Origin: Eubacteriales bacterium | GTDB lineage: Bacteria > Bacillota > Clostridia > Oscillospirales > CAG-272 | DNA length: 47,078 bases | NCBI GenBank assembly: GCA_045652845.1 | Contig: JAZOLJ010000002.1 | Location: 1 to 47,078, forward strand | Direction: 5' to 3' | Part shown: positions 31,557 to 40,715 of the stretch, piece after piece | Layout of the letters: every line of letters starts with the position of its first letter | Numbering within the stretch: position 1 is the first letter of the stretch | Translations under genes and position numbers: made by a program | Notes under the pieces: generated by a model | What the model saw: the letters and a program-made list of their open reading frames with translations, nothing else | Told to the model about the DNA's origin: nothing | Databases searched by the model: none

Positions 31557-32801
31557 ATGACGTTTGAACGTGATAATAACTGTGAAAGCGGTGTGGTGAT
31601 CCGCGTCATCGGTGTCGGTGGTGGCGGAAACAATGCAGTCAATCGCATGATCGCGGCAAATATCCGCGGCGTGGAGTTTGTTACAGTCAATACCGACCGT
31701 CAGGCACTGCGTAAGTCCGAGGCGCCTGTGCAGATGGTGATCGGTGAGAAGATCACAAAGGGCTTTGGCGCAGGTGCAAACCCCGAGGTGGGCGCACGTG
31801 CGGCAGAGGAATCGATTGACGATATCAAGAAAATGCTTGCAGGTGCCGATATGGTCTTTGTAACCGCAGGCATGGGCGGTGGCACGGGTACGGGTGCCGC
31901 CCCTGTTGTGGCGCGCCTTGCGCACGAGATGGGTATTCTCACCATCGGTATCGTAACAAAGCCCTTCAGCTTCGAGGGCAAGCGCCGTCAAGAGCAGGCA
32001 GAGGCAGGCATCAAGGAGCTTCGCCAGTACGTTGATTCTCTTGTGGTGATCCCGAACGAGAAATTAAAGCAGGTTTCCGATACGCGCATCACGCTTGGCA
32101 ATGCCTTTGAAATTGCAGATGACGTGCTTCGTCGCGGTGTGCAGAGCATTTCCGAGCTGATCAATGTCCCCGGCTTTATCAATCTTGACTTTGCCGACGT
32201 AACCTCGGTGATGAAAAATGCGGGCTACGCACACATGGGTGTTGGCGGTGCCACAGGCTCCGATAAGGCAGAGCTTGCCGCACGCGCGGCGATCTCCAGC
32301 CCCTTGCTTGAAACCTCCATTCACGGCGCACGCGGTATTCTGATCAGCATCACCGCCTCGCACGACGTGGGGCTTGAGGAGGTTGATCACGCATCCTCTA
32401 TGATCTCACGCGAGGCGCATCCCGATGCTAACGTGATTTGGGGTCTTGCCTTTGATGAGTCGCTCGATGACGAAATGCGCGTAACCATTATTGCCACCGG
32501 CTTTGAAAATCAACAGCAGGCAGTGCCCGAGGTAGCCCCCGAGGCAGTGGCAGCACCCGCCCCCGAGGCAGTGCCCGCAGCTCCCGTAGCACCTGCAGCA
32601 CCTGCAGCACCCGTTTACACGGCTCCCGCAGCTCCGATCTATCCTGCACCGCAGGCAGAGCAGGCAGCCCCCGCCGCCCCTGCGGCACACGCACCGAAGT
32701 ATGACTCCGCCGAGGAGGATTCTTCGATCTCCGAGGATGATTTTGATAATATTATGAGCATCTTCCGCAACCGCGGTCGCCGCAACAGAGGCGATTATTG
32801 A
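31557..32801 (+). CDS. ftsZ: Cell division protein FtsZ
   Basis: [14 protein letters not shown] and [13 protein letters not shown]. Pro/Ala-rich linker and C-terminal peptide [22 protein letters not shown] before ATG 31557. Confidence 0.95.
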   Translation: MTFERDNNCESGVVIRVIGVGGGGNNAVNRMIAANIRGVEFVTVNTDRQALRKSEAPVQMVIGEKITKGFGAGANPEVGARAAEESIDDIKKMLAGADMVFVTAGMGGGTGTGAAPVVARLAHEMGILTIGIVTKPFSFEGKRRQEQAEAGIKELRQYVDSLVVIPNEKLKQVSDTRITLGNAFEIADDVLRRGVQSISELINVPGFINLDFADVTSVMKNAGYAHMGVGGATGSDKAELAARAAISSPLLETSIHGARGILISITASHDVGLEEVDHASSMISREAHPDANVIWGLAFDESLDDEMRVTIIATGFENQQQAVPEVAPEAVAAPAPEAVPAAPVAPAAPAAPVYTAPAAPIYPAPQAEQAAPAAPAAHAPKYDSAEEDSSISEDDFDNIMSIFRNRGRRNRGDY

Positions 32802-32802
32802 T

Positions 32803-32838
32803 AAAAAATTCCCCCGCCGTGCGGCGGGGGAATTTTTT
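32803..32838 (+). terminator. Rho-independent terminator of ftsZ
   Basis: AAAAAATTCCCCCGCC-gtgc-GGCGGGGGAATTTTTT. Confidence 0.9.
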
Positions 32839-32858
32839 ATTTGCAGCAGGGAAGAAAG

Positions 32859-32888
32859 CAGCCCCTTTGCCAAACGGCAAAGGGGCTG
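32859..32888 (-). terminator. Hairpin terminator downstream of alaS (minus strand)
   Basis: 13-bp stem CAGCCCCTTTGCC / GGCAAAGGGGCTG, 12 nt after the alaS stop. The minus-strand tail is CTTTCTTCC. Confidence 0.65.
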
Positions 32889-32899
32889 TGTTATTTGTT

Positions 32900-35545
32900 T
32901 TAGCCAATTTGGGCTGCAAGCACGTCCTTTGCTGCTGCCAGAGCCTCATCAACCTGTGAAAGCTCCTTGCCGCCTGCCATGGCGTTGTCGGGGCGTCCGC
33001 CGCCCTTGCCGCCTGTTACTGCCGCAACGGCGCCAACCAGCTTGCCGGCATGTGCGCCTGCTGCAACGGCATCCTTGCCCGCAACGGCAATAAAGCTGAT
33101 GCGCGCGCCCTCGGTGATGGCAAGCACTGCTACCACGTCGGCGTTGTTTGCCTTGATGTCGTCAGCAAGGCTGCGTGCCACGTCAGGCTGCATGCCGTCA
33201 AAGCGTGCAACGGCAAGGCGCACCTTGCCGATCTGAACGCTGCCTGCCAGCACCTCGTGAAGCTTCGAGGAGGCAAGCTTTTGGTTGAGTGCATCCAGCT
33301 CGCGGTGCATTTCCTTAACCTCCTCCTGCACGGCGTGTGCACGCTTGGCAACGTCAAGCATATTTTGTGCCTTCAGTGCCTGTGCCGTATCGCCAAGCAG
33401 CCTTTCGCGTGCAGCAAGCAGGGAAAGAACGCCCGTGCCCGTTACTGCCTCAATACGGCGGATGCCTGCGGCAACCGAGCTTTCGGATGTGATCTTGAAA
33501 AGACCGATGCGTGCGGTGTTGTTGAGGTGTGTGCCGCCACAGAACTCGATCGAGAAGGTGCCCATGCGCACCACGCGCACGATCTTGCCATATTTCTCGC
33601 CAAACAGGGCAGTTGCGCCAAGCCTTTTGGCATCCTCAAGCAGCATTTCGGTCATAGAGATCGGCACGCCTGCAAAGATGTGTTCGTTTACGATCTCCTC
33701 AACCCTTGCCAGCTCCTCCTTGGTAAGGGCGGCAAAGTGGGTAAAGTCAAAGCGGCATTTGTCTGCATCAACCAAAGAGCCTGCCTGCTCTACGTGGTTG
33801 CCAAGCACCTCGCGAAGTGCCGCCTGCAGCAGGTGTGCAACCGAATGGTTTCTGGCAGTTGCCAAGCGCTTCTCTTCATCAATACGGGCGCATACCGCAT
33901 CGCCAACGCGAAGCACGCCGCCCGTTACGGTTGCAAGGTGCAGATATACACCGTCGGTCTTTTTGGTATCGTTTACGGTAAGGGTAACGTTCTTACCCGT
34001 CAGCGTGCCAATATCGCCTACCTGACCGCCGCCCTCGCCGTAAAACACGGTCTTATCAAGCACAACGGTGCAATCACCCTCGCTGATCTCGTCAACGGTC
34101 TTGGTGCCATCCTCGTTTTCCACGATAATAGCAAGCACCTTGGCGTCGTCGGTGCGGAAGCTGTCATAGCCGCGGAAGATGGTGGCAGGGAGGTCGGCAA
34201 GCAGATTCTTGGTGGCGTTATCCCAGCCGCTGATGTTGCCGCGTGCGGCGCGTGCGCGCTCACGCTGCTCCTTCATCAATTTGGTAAAGGTTTCATCGTC
34301 AGCGGTAAGGCCGTTTTCTGCCAAGATCTCCTTGGTAAGATCAAGCGGGAAGCCAAAGGTATCGTAAAGCTTAAATACGTCCTCGCCCGCGATCACGGTC
34401 TTGCCGTTTCTTTTGGCATCCTCAACGTAGCAGGAAAGGATGGAAAGCCCTGCATCAATGGTGGCATCAAATCGCTCCTCCTCCATTGCAATGACCTTAA
34501 GAATATAGTCGCGCTTTTCGGCAAGCTCGGGATAAGCCTCTTCGTTTTCACCAATGGCAACGCGGCAAAGGTCGCAAAGGAAGGCGTGGTCAATGCCAAG
34601 CAGCTTGCCGTGACGGCAGGCGCGGCGAATGATGCGGCGCAGAACGTAGCCGCGCCCCTCGTTTGAGGGAATAACACCGTCCGCGATCATAAACATGGCA
34701 CTCTTGATATGGTCGGTGCAAACGCGGATAGAAATATCGTTATCCTTATTTGCGCCGTAGGTCTTGCCCGCGATCTCACAAACGGTATCGAGGATCTTGC
34801 GGATGCTGTCGACCTCAAACATGTTGTCAACACCCTGCATCACGCAAGCAAGACGCTCAAGACCCATGCCGGTGTCAATGTTTTTCTGCGTCAGCTCGGT
34901 GTAGTTGCCCTTGCCGTCGTTGTTAAACTGGGAGAACACGTTGTTCCAGATCTCCATGTAACGGTCACAGTCGCAGCCGGGGCGACAGTTGGGGCTGCCG
35001 CAGCCGTATTTTTCGCCGCGGTCAAAATAGATCTCGGAGCAGGGGCCGCAGGGACCGGAGCCATGCTCCCAGAAGTTATCTGCCTTGCCAAGGCGCGTGA
35101 TGCGCTCGGCGGGCACGCCGATTTTCTTGTTCCAAATTTCAAACGCTTCCTCGTCGTTTTCGTAGATCGAGGGCCAGAGCAGCTCGCCCGGGATCTCCAG
35201 CGTTTCTGTGAGGAACTCCCACGCCCACGGAATTGCCTCGTTTTTGAAGTAATCGCCAAAGGAGAAGTTGCCGAGCATCTCAAAAAACGTGCCGTGCCTT
35301 GCCGTGTGACCCACGCGGTCATGGTCGCGCGTGCGGATGCATTTTTGGCAGGGGGTCACGCGGTTGCGGGGGGGCTCCTCCTCACCTGTGAAAAACTTTT
35401 TCATGGGTGCCATGCCCGAGTTGATCAGCAACAGAGATTTGTCGTTGATGGGCACCAGAGGGTAGGAGGGAAGGCGCAAATGCCCCTTGCTTTCAAAAAA
35501 AGCAAGATATTTTTCGCGCAGGTCGTTAAGAGAAGTCCATTTCAT
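32900..35545 (-). CDS. alaS: Alanine--tRNA ligase
   Basis: 881 aa. MKWTSLNDLREKYLAFFESKGHLRLPSYPLVP, FEMLGNFSFGDYFK, and the editing-domain HSVAHLL...CGGTH motifs. Confidence 0.97.
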   Translation of the reverse strand: MKWTSLNDLREKYLAFFESKGHLRLPSYPLVPINDKSLLLINSGMAPMKKFFTGEEEPPRNRVTPCQKCIRTRDHDRVGHTARHGTFFEMLGNFSFGDYFKNEAIPWAWEFLTETLEIPGELLWPSIYENDEEAFEIWNKKIGVPAERITRLGKADNFWEHGSGPCGPCSEIYFDRGEKYGCGSPNCRPGCDCDRYMEIWNNVFSQFNNDGKGNYTELTQKNIDTGMGLERLACVMQGVDNMFEVDSIRKILDTVCEIAGKTYGANKDNDISIRVCTDHIKSAMFMIADGVIPSNEGRGYVLRRIIRRACRHGKLLGIDHAFLCDLCRVAIGENEEAYPELAEKRDYILKVIAMEEERFDATIDAGLSILSCYVEDAKRNGKTVIAGEDVFKLYDTFGFPLDLTKEILAENGLTADDETFTKLMKEQRERARAARGNISGWDNATKNLLADLPATIFRGYDSFRTDDAKVLAIIVENEDGTKTVDEISEGDCTVVLDKTVFYGEGGGQVGDIGTLTGKNVTLTVNDTKKTDGVYLHLATVTGGVLRVGDAVCARIDEEKRLATARNHSVAHLLQAALREVLGNHVEQAGSLVDADKCRFDFTHFAALTKEELARVEEIVNEHIFAGVPISMTEMLLEDAKRLGATALFGEKYGKIVRVVRMGTFSIEFCGGTHLNNTARIGLFKITSESSVAAGIRRIEAVTGTGVLSLLAARERLLGDTAQALKAQNMLDVAKRAHAVQEEVKEMHRELDALNQKLASSKLHEVLAGSVQIGKVRLAVARFDGMQPDVARSLADDIKANNADVVAVLAITEGARISFIAVAGKDAVAAGAHAGKLVGAVAAVTGGKGGGRPDNAMAGGKELSQVDEALAAAKDVLAAQIG

Positions 35546-35582
35546 AGCATAGGCCTTTCATAAAGTAAAAAATATTGAAAAC

Positions 35583-35611
35583 ATTATAGCACTGTTTTCT
35601 TCTTTCGTCAA
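35583..35611 (-). promoter_or_regulatory. Sigma-A-type promoter for alaS (minus strand)
   Basis: On the minus strand: TTGACG, 17-nt spacer ending TGC, TATAAT. The leader to the ATG is only about 40 nt. Confidence 0.7.
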
Positions 35612-35752
35612 GTGCGCGTGCGCTTTTATTTCAAAAAACATACTGCAAATCTGAAATTTTTCAGGTAATGGGCATATGGTGCAAAATGGGGAAAGCGGTT
35701 TTGTTAAAAACGCCGAAAATCGTGATGTGAATGTGAAAGATTTTGTTTTTGC

Positions 35753-35781
35753 TTGCAAAAAATGCGAAGAAATGCTATAAT
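35753..35781 (+). promoter_or_regulatory. Sigma-A-type promoter for the tandem lipoprotein genes
   Basis: TTGCAA (35753-35758), 17-nt spacer ending TGC, TATAAT (35776-35781). Confidence 0.7.
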
Positions 35782-35835
35782 TATGTAACCAAAATAAGAA
35801 AGGTATGACCAACTTAAATGGTTAAAAGGGAGTAC

Positions 35836-38196
35836 ATGATGAAAAAAAGAATTTTGTCACTTGTCCTTTGTGTTTGCATGCTTTCCTCTCTTGCACTTCT
35901 TTTTACCTCGTGCGGTAAAAAGAAGGTTGATTTCGGCAAGGGCTATAGCGTTGTTTTTGCAAATGACGTTTCCGAAAGCATGGAGGCAGAGGTCAAGAGC
36001 TTTACCCAGACCTTAAAGCAAAAAACCGGCAAGGAAGCTAAGCTTGAAGAGGTTGAGCTTAATGCTTCGCTCACTGCCGAGAACGATTACGAGATCCTTA
36101 TCGGTAACACCAATCGCCCCGAAACCCAAAAGGCGCTGAAAAAGATTAAGGGTCAAGGCTACATCGTTACCGCTATCGGCAAAAAGATCGTAGTTGTGGG
36201 CACCACTAATTTTTTAACGTCGCTTGCGCTTGACGCCTTCGCCAAGAGCTATCTTGACTCGGCCCAGAGCGTTTCCTCGCTTGACCTTGAAAAGATCGAG
36301 GTCGAGGAGATGGAAATGCTTGAGTTTACCAACAAGTGGACGTTTATTCACGCCTCTTATATTGATAGCGAACGCGACTGTGTCGGCGTGGAAATTTCCG
36401 GGATCAAAGCGATTCTCTCTTCCTTCTCCGACGTGCGCGGCACGGCTATGCCTGTACGTGTTGATACCGAAACAGCAAAGCAGGAGGTTCTTGTGGGTGT
36501 TGTAGAACGTCCCGAGGCAAAGGCTATGCTTTCCGGCATGGATGCCAACAATTACGGCATTGGCGCAAAGGATGGCAAGCTTTTGATCTCCGCGCACAAC
36601 GACGGCATGCTGGCAAAAGCCCTCACGCTTTTCAAGGATGCACTGCGCGATTCGGTTTACGAGGTTGAAGGCGAGAAGAAAATTCTGTTGCCCGCAGATT
36701 TTCTGCGCATCTACGCCGACCGCGAAAGTGCGGTCGTAACCGATTTCCCGCGCCCCGAGGGGCTTGCGCTTTCTGGCAGCATTGACGTGCACGACGGCAT
36801 GGAATATTATTACGAGGGTGACGCCGTAACGGCACAGGCTTACAATAAATACTGTGAGGCACTGGTTGCTGCGGGCTATACCGTTTATACCGATAATACG
36901 GCAGAGAACAGCATCTTCCGCACCTACGTTAACACTGAAAAGAACATTACGCTTTACGTGGCGTACAATGATTTTAAGTACGCCGCCAGGGAGGAAACCG
37001 ATCATAAGAAGGCGATCCGCATCGTGGCATCCCCGCTGGATTGCGTGAATTTGCTTGAGCCCGAAATGCTTGAGCAGGATCTCACCTTTGACAGGTGGCA
37101 AAACACCACCATTACCGCGGTGAAGATGTCTTACGCATCGGATGGTGGCGGAAACATCTACGTTGTAACGCTTGAGGATGGCTCCTTCGTGTTGCTTGAC
37201 GGCGGCGTAGAGGTGCCGCAAGATGCTAAGCGTATTTATGAAGTTCTGCTTGATCTTTACGAAAGAGGTCACGGGGGTCCTCCTACAGAAAAAAATCCGA
37301 TTCGCATTGCCGCGTGGTACGTTTCTCACGGTCATCACGATCACTTTAAATCGGCTGAGCTCTTTACCAAACAGTACTGCTCAAAATACGATGAGCACTA
37401 TATCACCATCGATCGCCTGATCGCAAACTTCCCCTCCAATGAGGAGCTATATAACTCCGAGTGGGACCGCACGCCGGGCGAAAACAACTACAATTCCTCT
37501 CTGCGCGATGGATACGCAGAGCTTTCCGCAATGATTTCCGATGCTCCCGGCGAGGAGCCCGGCTTTAAATACATCAAGGTTCACACCGGTCAGCGCTTCT
37601 TCCTTGCCAACGTGGAGTTTGAGGTGATGTACACGCACGAGGATCAGTATCCCCGTCGCCTCCACGTTTACAACGATACCTCTACGGTGATCCGCATGCA
37701 TATCGTACACACCAAGGGCGGTGGCAGAGTTTCTTCCGGCTCCCTTACCACCATGCTGTGGCTTGGCGACGCACAGGAGGATTCCAGCAGATGGATGCGT
37801 GCTATGTGGGGTGACCATCTTAAGTCCGATATGGTGCAGCTTGCGCACCACGGCGGTAAGGGCTCTGAGTTTTTGCTGTATAAGCTGGTTCAGCCCGAAG
37901 CCGCATGGTATCCGGCAGGTCTGCCGAAATACAATAGAATGCAATACTCCACACTAAAAAATGCCAATGTTGGTGAGGGCTGCACGAAAATGGTGCTTTA
38001 CAGTCTCCCCTCGCTTAAGTACTTTATCATGAGTGATGTGTGTAACTACACCGTCAGCATCACGGAAGGGGGCCCTGTTTACGCTACCTCGGGTAAGGAC
38101 TGTGTGTTTAATGCAGGTAAAGATACTAACAAGGTTTTTATTAGTGAAATAGCTACCACCACAAGCAATGGCTATCTGGAGAAAAAAGAAAAATGA
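35836..38196 (+). CDS. Putative lipoprotein (786 aa): two related alpha/beta units, a DFPRP domain and a C-terminal metallo-beta-lactamase-fold domain; paralog of 38250-40604 and of the C-terminus of 6045-11540
   Basis: AAAGGGAG RBS. Signal peptide MMKKRILSLVLCVCMLSSLALLFTSC has a lipobox-like Cys. MBL motifs: LLDGG, SHGHHDH (37327-37344), YTHED, WLGDA, LAHHGGKG. Confidence 0.85.
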   Translation: MMKKRILSLVLCVCMLSSLALLFTSCGKKKVDFGKGYSVVFANDVSESMEAEVKSFTQTLKQKTGKEAKLEEVELNASLTAENDYEILIGNTNRPETQKALKKIKGQGYIVTAIGKKIVVVGTTNFLTSLALDAFAKSYLDSAQSVSSLDLEKIEVEEMEMLEFTNKWTFIHASYIDSERDCVGVEISGIKAILSSFSDVRGTAMPVRVDTETAKQEVLVGVVERPEAKAMLSGMDANNYGIGAKDGKLLISAHNDGMLAKALTLFKDALRDSVYEVEGEKKILLPADFLRIYADRESAVVTDFPRPEGLALSGSIDVHDGMEYYYEGDAVTAQAYNKYCEALVAAGYTVYTDNTAENSIFRTYVNTEKNITLYVAYNDFKYAAREETDHKKAIRIVASPLDCVNLLEPEMLEQDLTFDRWQNTTITAVKMSYASDGGGNIYVVTLEDGSFVLLDGGVEVPQDAKRIYEVLLDLYERGHGGPPTEKNPIRIAAWYVSHGHHDHFKSAELFTKQYCSKYDEHYITIDRLIANFPSNEELYNSEWDRTPGENNYNSSLRDGYAELSAMISDAPGEEPGFKYIKVHTGQRFFLANVEFEVMYTHEDQYPRRLHVYNDTSTVIRMHIVHTKGGGRVSSGSLTTMLWLGDAQEDSSRWMRAMWGDHLKSDMVQLAHHGGKGSEFLLYKLVQPEAAWYPAGLPKYNRMQYSTLKNANVGEGCTKMVLYSLPSLKYFIMSDVCNYTVSITEGGPVYATSGKDCVFNAGKDTNKVFISEIATTTSNGYLEKKEK

Positions 38197-38249
38197 TGAT
38201 CTTATACTGCAAACAACCGCAGAACGAGGTTGAATGGAGGTTCTAAAAC

Positions 38250-40604
38250 ATGAAAAAAAGAATTTTATCCCTTGTCCTGTGTGTTTGTTTGATAGCCTCG
38301 CTTTCGGCTCTTTTTAGCTCTTGCGCAAAGAAAACCGTAGAGCTGGGTGCCGGGTATCAAGTGGTTTATGCGGGCGACGTCTCCGATAGCATATCGGCGC
38401 AGATCACCGAATTTACCGACACGCTCAAGAAAAAAGCCGACAAGAATATCAAGAAAAGCAAGGTAAAGGCCGACGAGGCATTAGAAAACGTTCAAGACCT
38501 TGAAATTCTTATCGGCAACACCAATCGCCCCGAATCACAAAAGGCTTTAAAGGAGATCAAGGGGCACGGCTACATCATCGCACTTTACGGTAAAAAGATC
38601 GTTATCGTTGGTACAACCAACCTTTTAACGGCGTTGGCACTTGACCATTTTACCGAAACCTATCTTGCGGGTAAGGAAAGCGTTTCCTCGCTTACCGTTA
38701 CAAAAACCGAGGCAGAAAACGTCCCCATGCTTGAGTTTACCAACAAGTGGACGTTTGTTCACGCGTCTTATCTTGAAAGCGATCGCGACTACGTGGGTGT
38801 GAAAATCTACGAGTTAAAAGCGATGATCCCCACCTTCTCCGACGTGCGTGCTACGGCTATGCCCTTAATTCTCGATACCGATGCCGCAAATCAAGAGATC
38901 CTGGCGGGCGTGGTAAACCGCGCCGAGGCAAAGGCAGTGCTTTCGGGCATGGATGTCACCGATTACGGCATTGGTGCAAAAAACGGCAAGCTGCTGATCT
39001 CTGCACACAACGACGGTATGATGGAAAAAGCCTTCACGCTTTTCGCGGATGCATTGCGTGATTCGGTTTGCGTGGTTGAAGACGAAAAGCAAATTCTGTT
39101 GCCTGCAGATTTTCTGTTTATCTACACCGATCGCGAAAGCTCGGTCATAACCGATTTTCCGCGCCCCGAGGGGCTTGCGCTTTCGGGCAGCATTGACGTG
39201 CACGAGGGCATGGAGTATTATTACGAGGGCGACGGCGTAACGGCACAGGCTTACGATAAGTATTGCAAGTCCTTGGTGGCTGCGGGCTATACGCTTTACA
39301 CCGATAATACGGTGGAAAACAGCATTTTCCGCATATATACAAATAAAGAAAAGAATGTAACGCTTTACGTGGCGTACAACGATTTCAAGCATGCCGCCAA
39401 GCAAAAGACCGATCACAAGAAGGCGATCCGCATTGTGGCATCTCGCCTCAGTGGCGTAAATCTACTTGACCGAGATATGCTATCGCAGGATCTTTCCTAT
39501 ACCAAGCTGCAAAATTCCTCTATCACCGCAGTGAAGATGGACTACTCTAACGACGGTGGCGGAAACCTCTACGTGGTAACGCTTGAGGATGGCTCCTTTA
39601 TCCTGCTTGACGGCGGTGCACAAACTACTGCGGATACAAATAGGATCTATCAGGTATTGCTTGCGCTTTACAAAAAAGGGCACGGTAATAATATGCCTAC
39701 CACGAATGACCCTATCCGCATTGCCGCGTGGTATCTCTCGCACGGTCACCACGACCATTACGGCAGTATGGTTGCCTTTATTCAAAAATATTGTGCAAAT
39801 TACAAACAGTATTCCATCACGATCGATCGAGTGATCGCCAATTTCGCCTCCGACGAGCAGCTCTATAACTCCGAGTTTGACCGCGATCCCGGTTCCTTTA
39901 GCACTGTGGTGCGCAACAATTTGGCAAAATACTCATCGTATATCAGCGATGTTTCGGAAGAAGAGGCAGGATTTACCTATTACAAGGTGCATACGGGTGA
40001 TACGTTCTGGCTTGCAAATATCGAGTTTGAGGTTATGTACACGCACGAGGATCAGTATCCCCGCCGCTTGCACTGGTACAATGACAGCTCTGTCGTTATT
40101 CGTATGAATATACACCATACCGAGAACCGCAAAATTTCACAGGACTCCGAAACCTCCGTGCTTTGGCTTGGTGATGCGATGGACATTTCCAGCAAGTGGC
40201 TGCGCGCTACTTGGGGAGAGTATTTGCAAAGTGATATGGTGCAGATCGCGCACCACGGCTCGAAGGGCTGCGAGCTTGCGCTGTATCAGCTGATAGCACC
40301 CACCTGCGCTTTGTGGCCGAACAGCGTTAAAAATTTCAACGACAGATACCATAACCCCAAATCCACAGACTGGCGGCGTGTTGGTTACGGCATCTGCTAT
40401 GAAATACCGACCTTGAAATATATCATTATGTGCGACGTTTATAATTATACCGTTACCATCACAAAGACGGGGGCTGATTACAGCATTGGTGGCAACACCG
40501 GTATTTGCACTGTGGGAGAAGACGTATCGTCGCCTATCCGCTACGATAGAGTTTCCTCAACCACAACGAGCGGCATAATGAAGACAAAGTATTGTACAGA
40601 TTAA
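38250..40604 (+). CDS. Putative lipoprotein (784 aa), tandem paralog with the same architecture
   Basis: GGAGG RBS. Signal peptide MKKRILSLVLCVCLIASLSALFSSC. MBL motifs: LLDGG, SHGHHDH (39741-39758), YTHED, WLGDA, IAHHGSKG. Alignable end to end with the upstream gene. Confidence 0.85.
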   Translation: MKKRILSLVLCVCLIASLSALFSSCAKKTVELGAGYQVVYAGDVSDSISAQITEFTDTLKKKADKNIKKSKVKADEALENVQDLEILIGNTNRPESQKALKEIKGHGYIIALYGKKIVIVGTTNLLTALALDHFTETYLAGKESVSSLTVTKTEAENVPMLEFTNKWTFVHASYLESDRDYVGVKIYELKAMIPTFSDVRATAMPLILDTDAANQEILAGVVNRAEAKAVLSGMDVTDYGIGAKNGKLLISAHNDGMMEKAFTLFADALRDSVCVVEDEKQILLPADFLFIYTDRESSVITDFPRPEGLALSGSIDVHEGMEYYYEGDGVTAQAYDKYCKSLVAAGYTLYTDNTVENSIFRIYTNKEKNVTLYVAYNDFKHAAKQKTDHKKAIRIVASRLSGVNLLDRDMLSQDLSYTKLQNSSITAVKMDYSNDGGGNLYVVTLEDGSFILLDGGAQTTADTNRIYQVLLALYKKGHGNNMPTTNDPIRIAAWYLSHGHHDHYGSMVAFIQKYCANYKQYSITIDRVIANFASDEQLYNSEFDRDPGSFSTVVRNNLAKYSSYISDVSEEEAGFTYYKVHTGDTFWLANIEFEVMYTHEDQYPRRLHWYNDSSVVIRMNIHHTENRKISQDSETSVLWLGDAMDISSKWLRATWGEYLQSDMVQIAHHGSKGCELALYQLIAPTCALWPNSVKNFNDRYHNPKSTDWRRVGYGICYEIPTLKYIIMCDVYNYTVTITKTGADYSIGGNTGICTVGEDVSSPIRYDRVSSTTTSGIMKTKYCTD

Positions 40605-40673
40605 CCGCAGAGCTGATGAGCTCTACTCCAAAGCTTAAAGAAGCCACTTGTTAAAAAGTGAAATAACATAAAA

Positions 40674-40702
40674 AGAGCAAACGTTTCGTTTGCTCTTTTT
40701 TA
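40674..40702. terminator. Bidirectional rho-independent terminator
   Basis: AGAGCAAACG-ttt-CGTTTGCTCT flanked by AAAA and TTTTTT. It lies between the convergent lipoprotein and coaW genes. Confidence 0.85.
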
Positions 40703-40715
40703 CTTTATTTTGTGA

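Noticed and set aside
33050-34666. 538-aa ORF on the plus strand (plus 284-aa and 246-aa neighbours) opposite alaS
   Set aside because: It lies entirely antisense to a confidently identified alaS. The translation is low-complexity and rich in Ala/Gly/Cys/His/Lys, with no recognisable motif, no RBS and no promoter. This is typical of stop-poor antisense frames in GC-rich genes.
35546-35835. Possible T-box riboswitch leader upstream of alaS
   Set aside because: A near-consensus promoter (TTGACG-N17-TATAAT on the minus strand, 35583-35611) leaves only a leader of about 40 nt. I found no T-box consensus (AATTAGGGTGGTACCGCG-like) and no specifier, antiterminator or terminator architecture. The rest of the gap is occupied by the divergent lipoprotein promoter. 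The 84-aa ORF at 35558-35812 overlaps both promoters and looks spurious.
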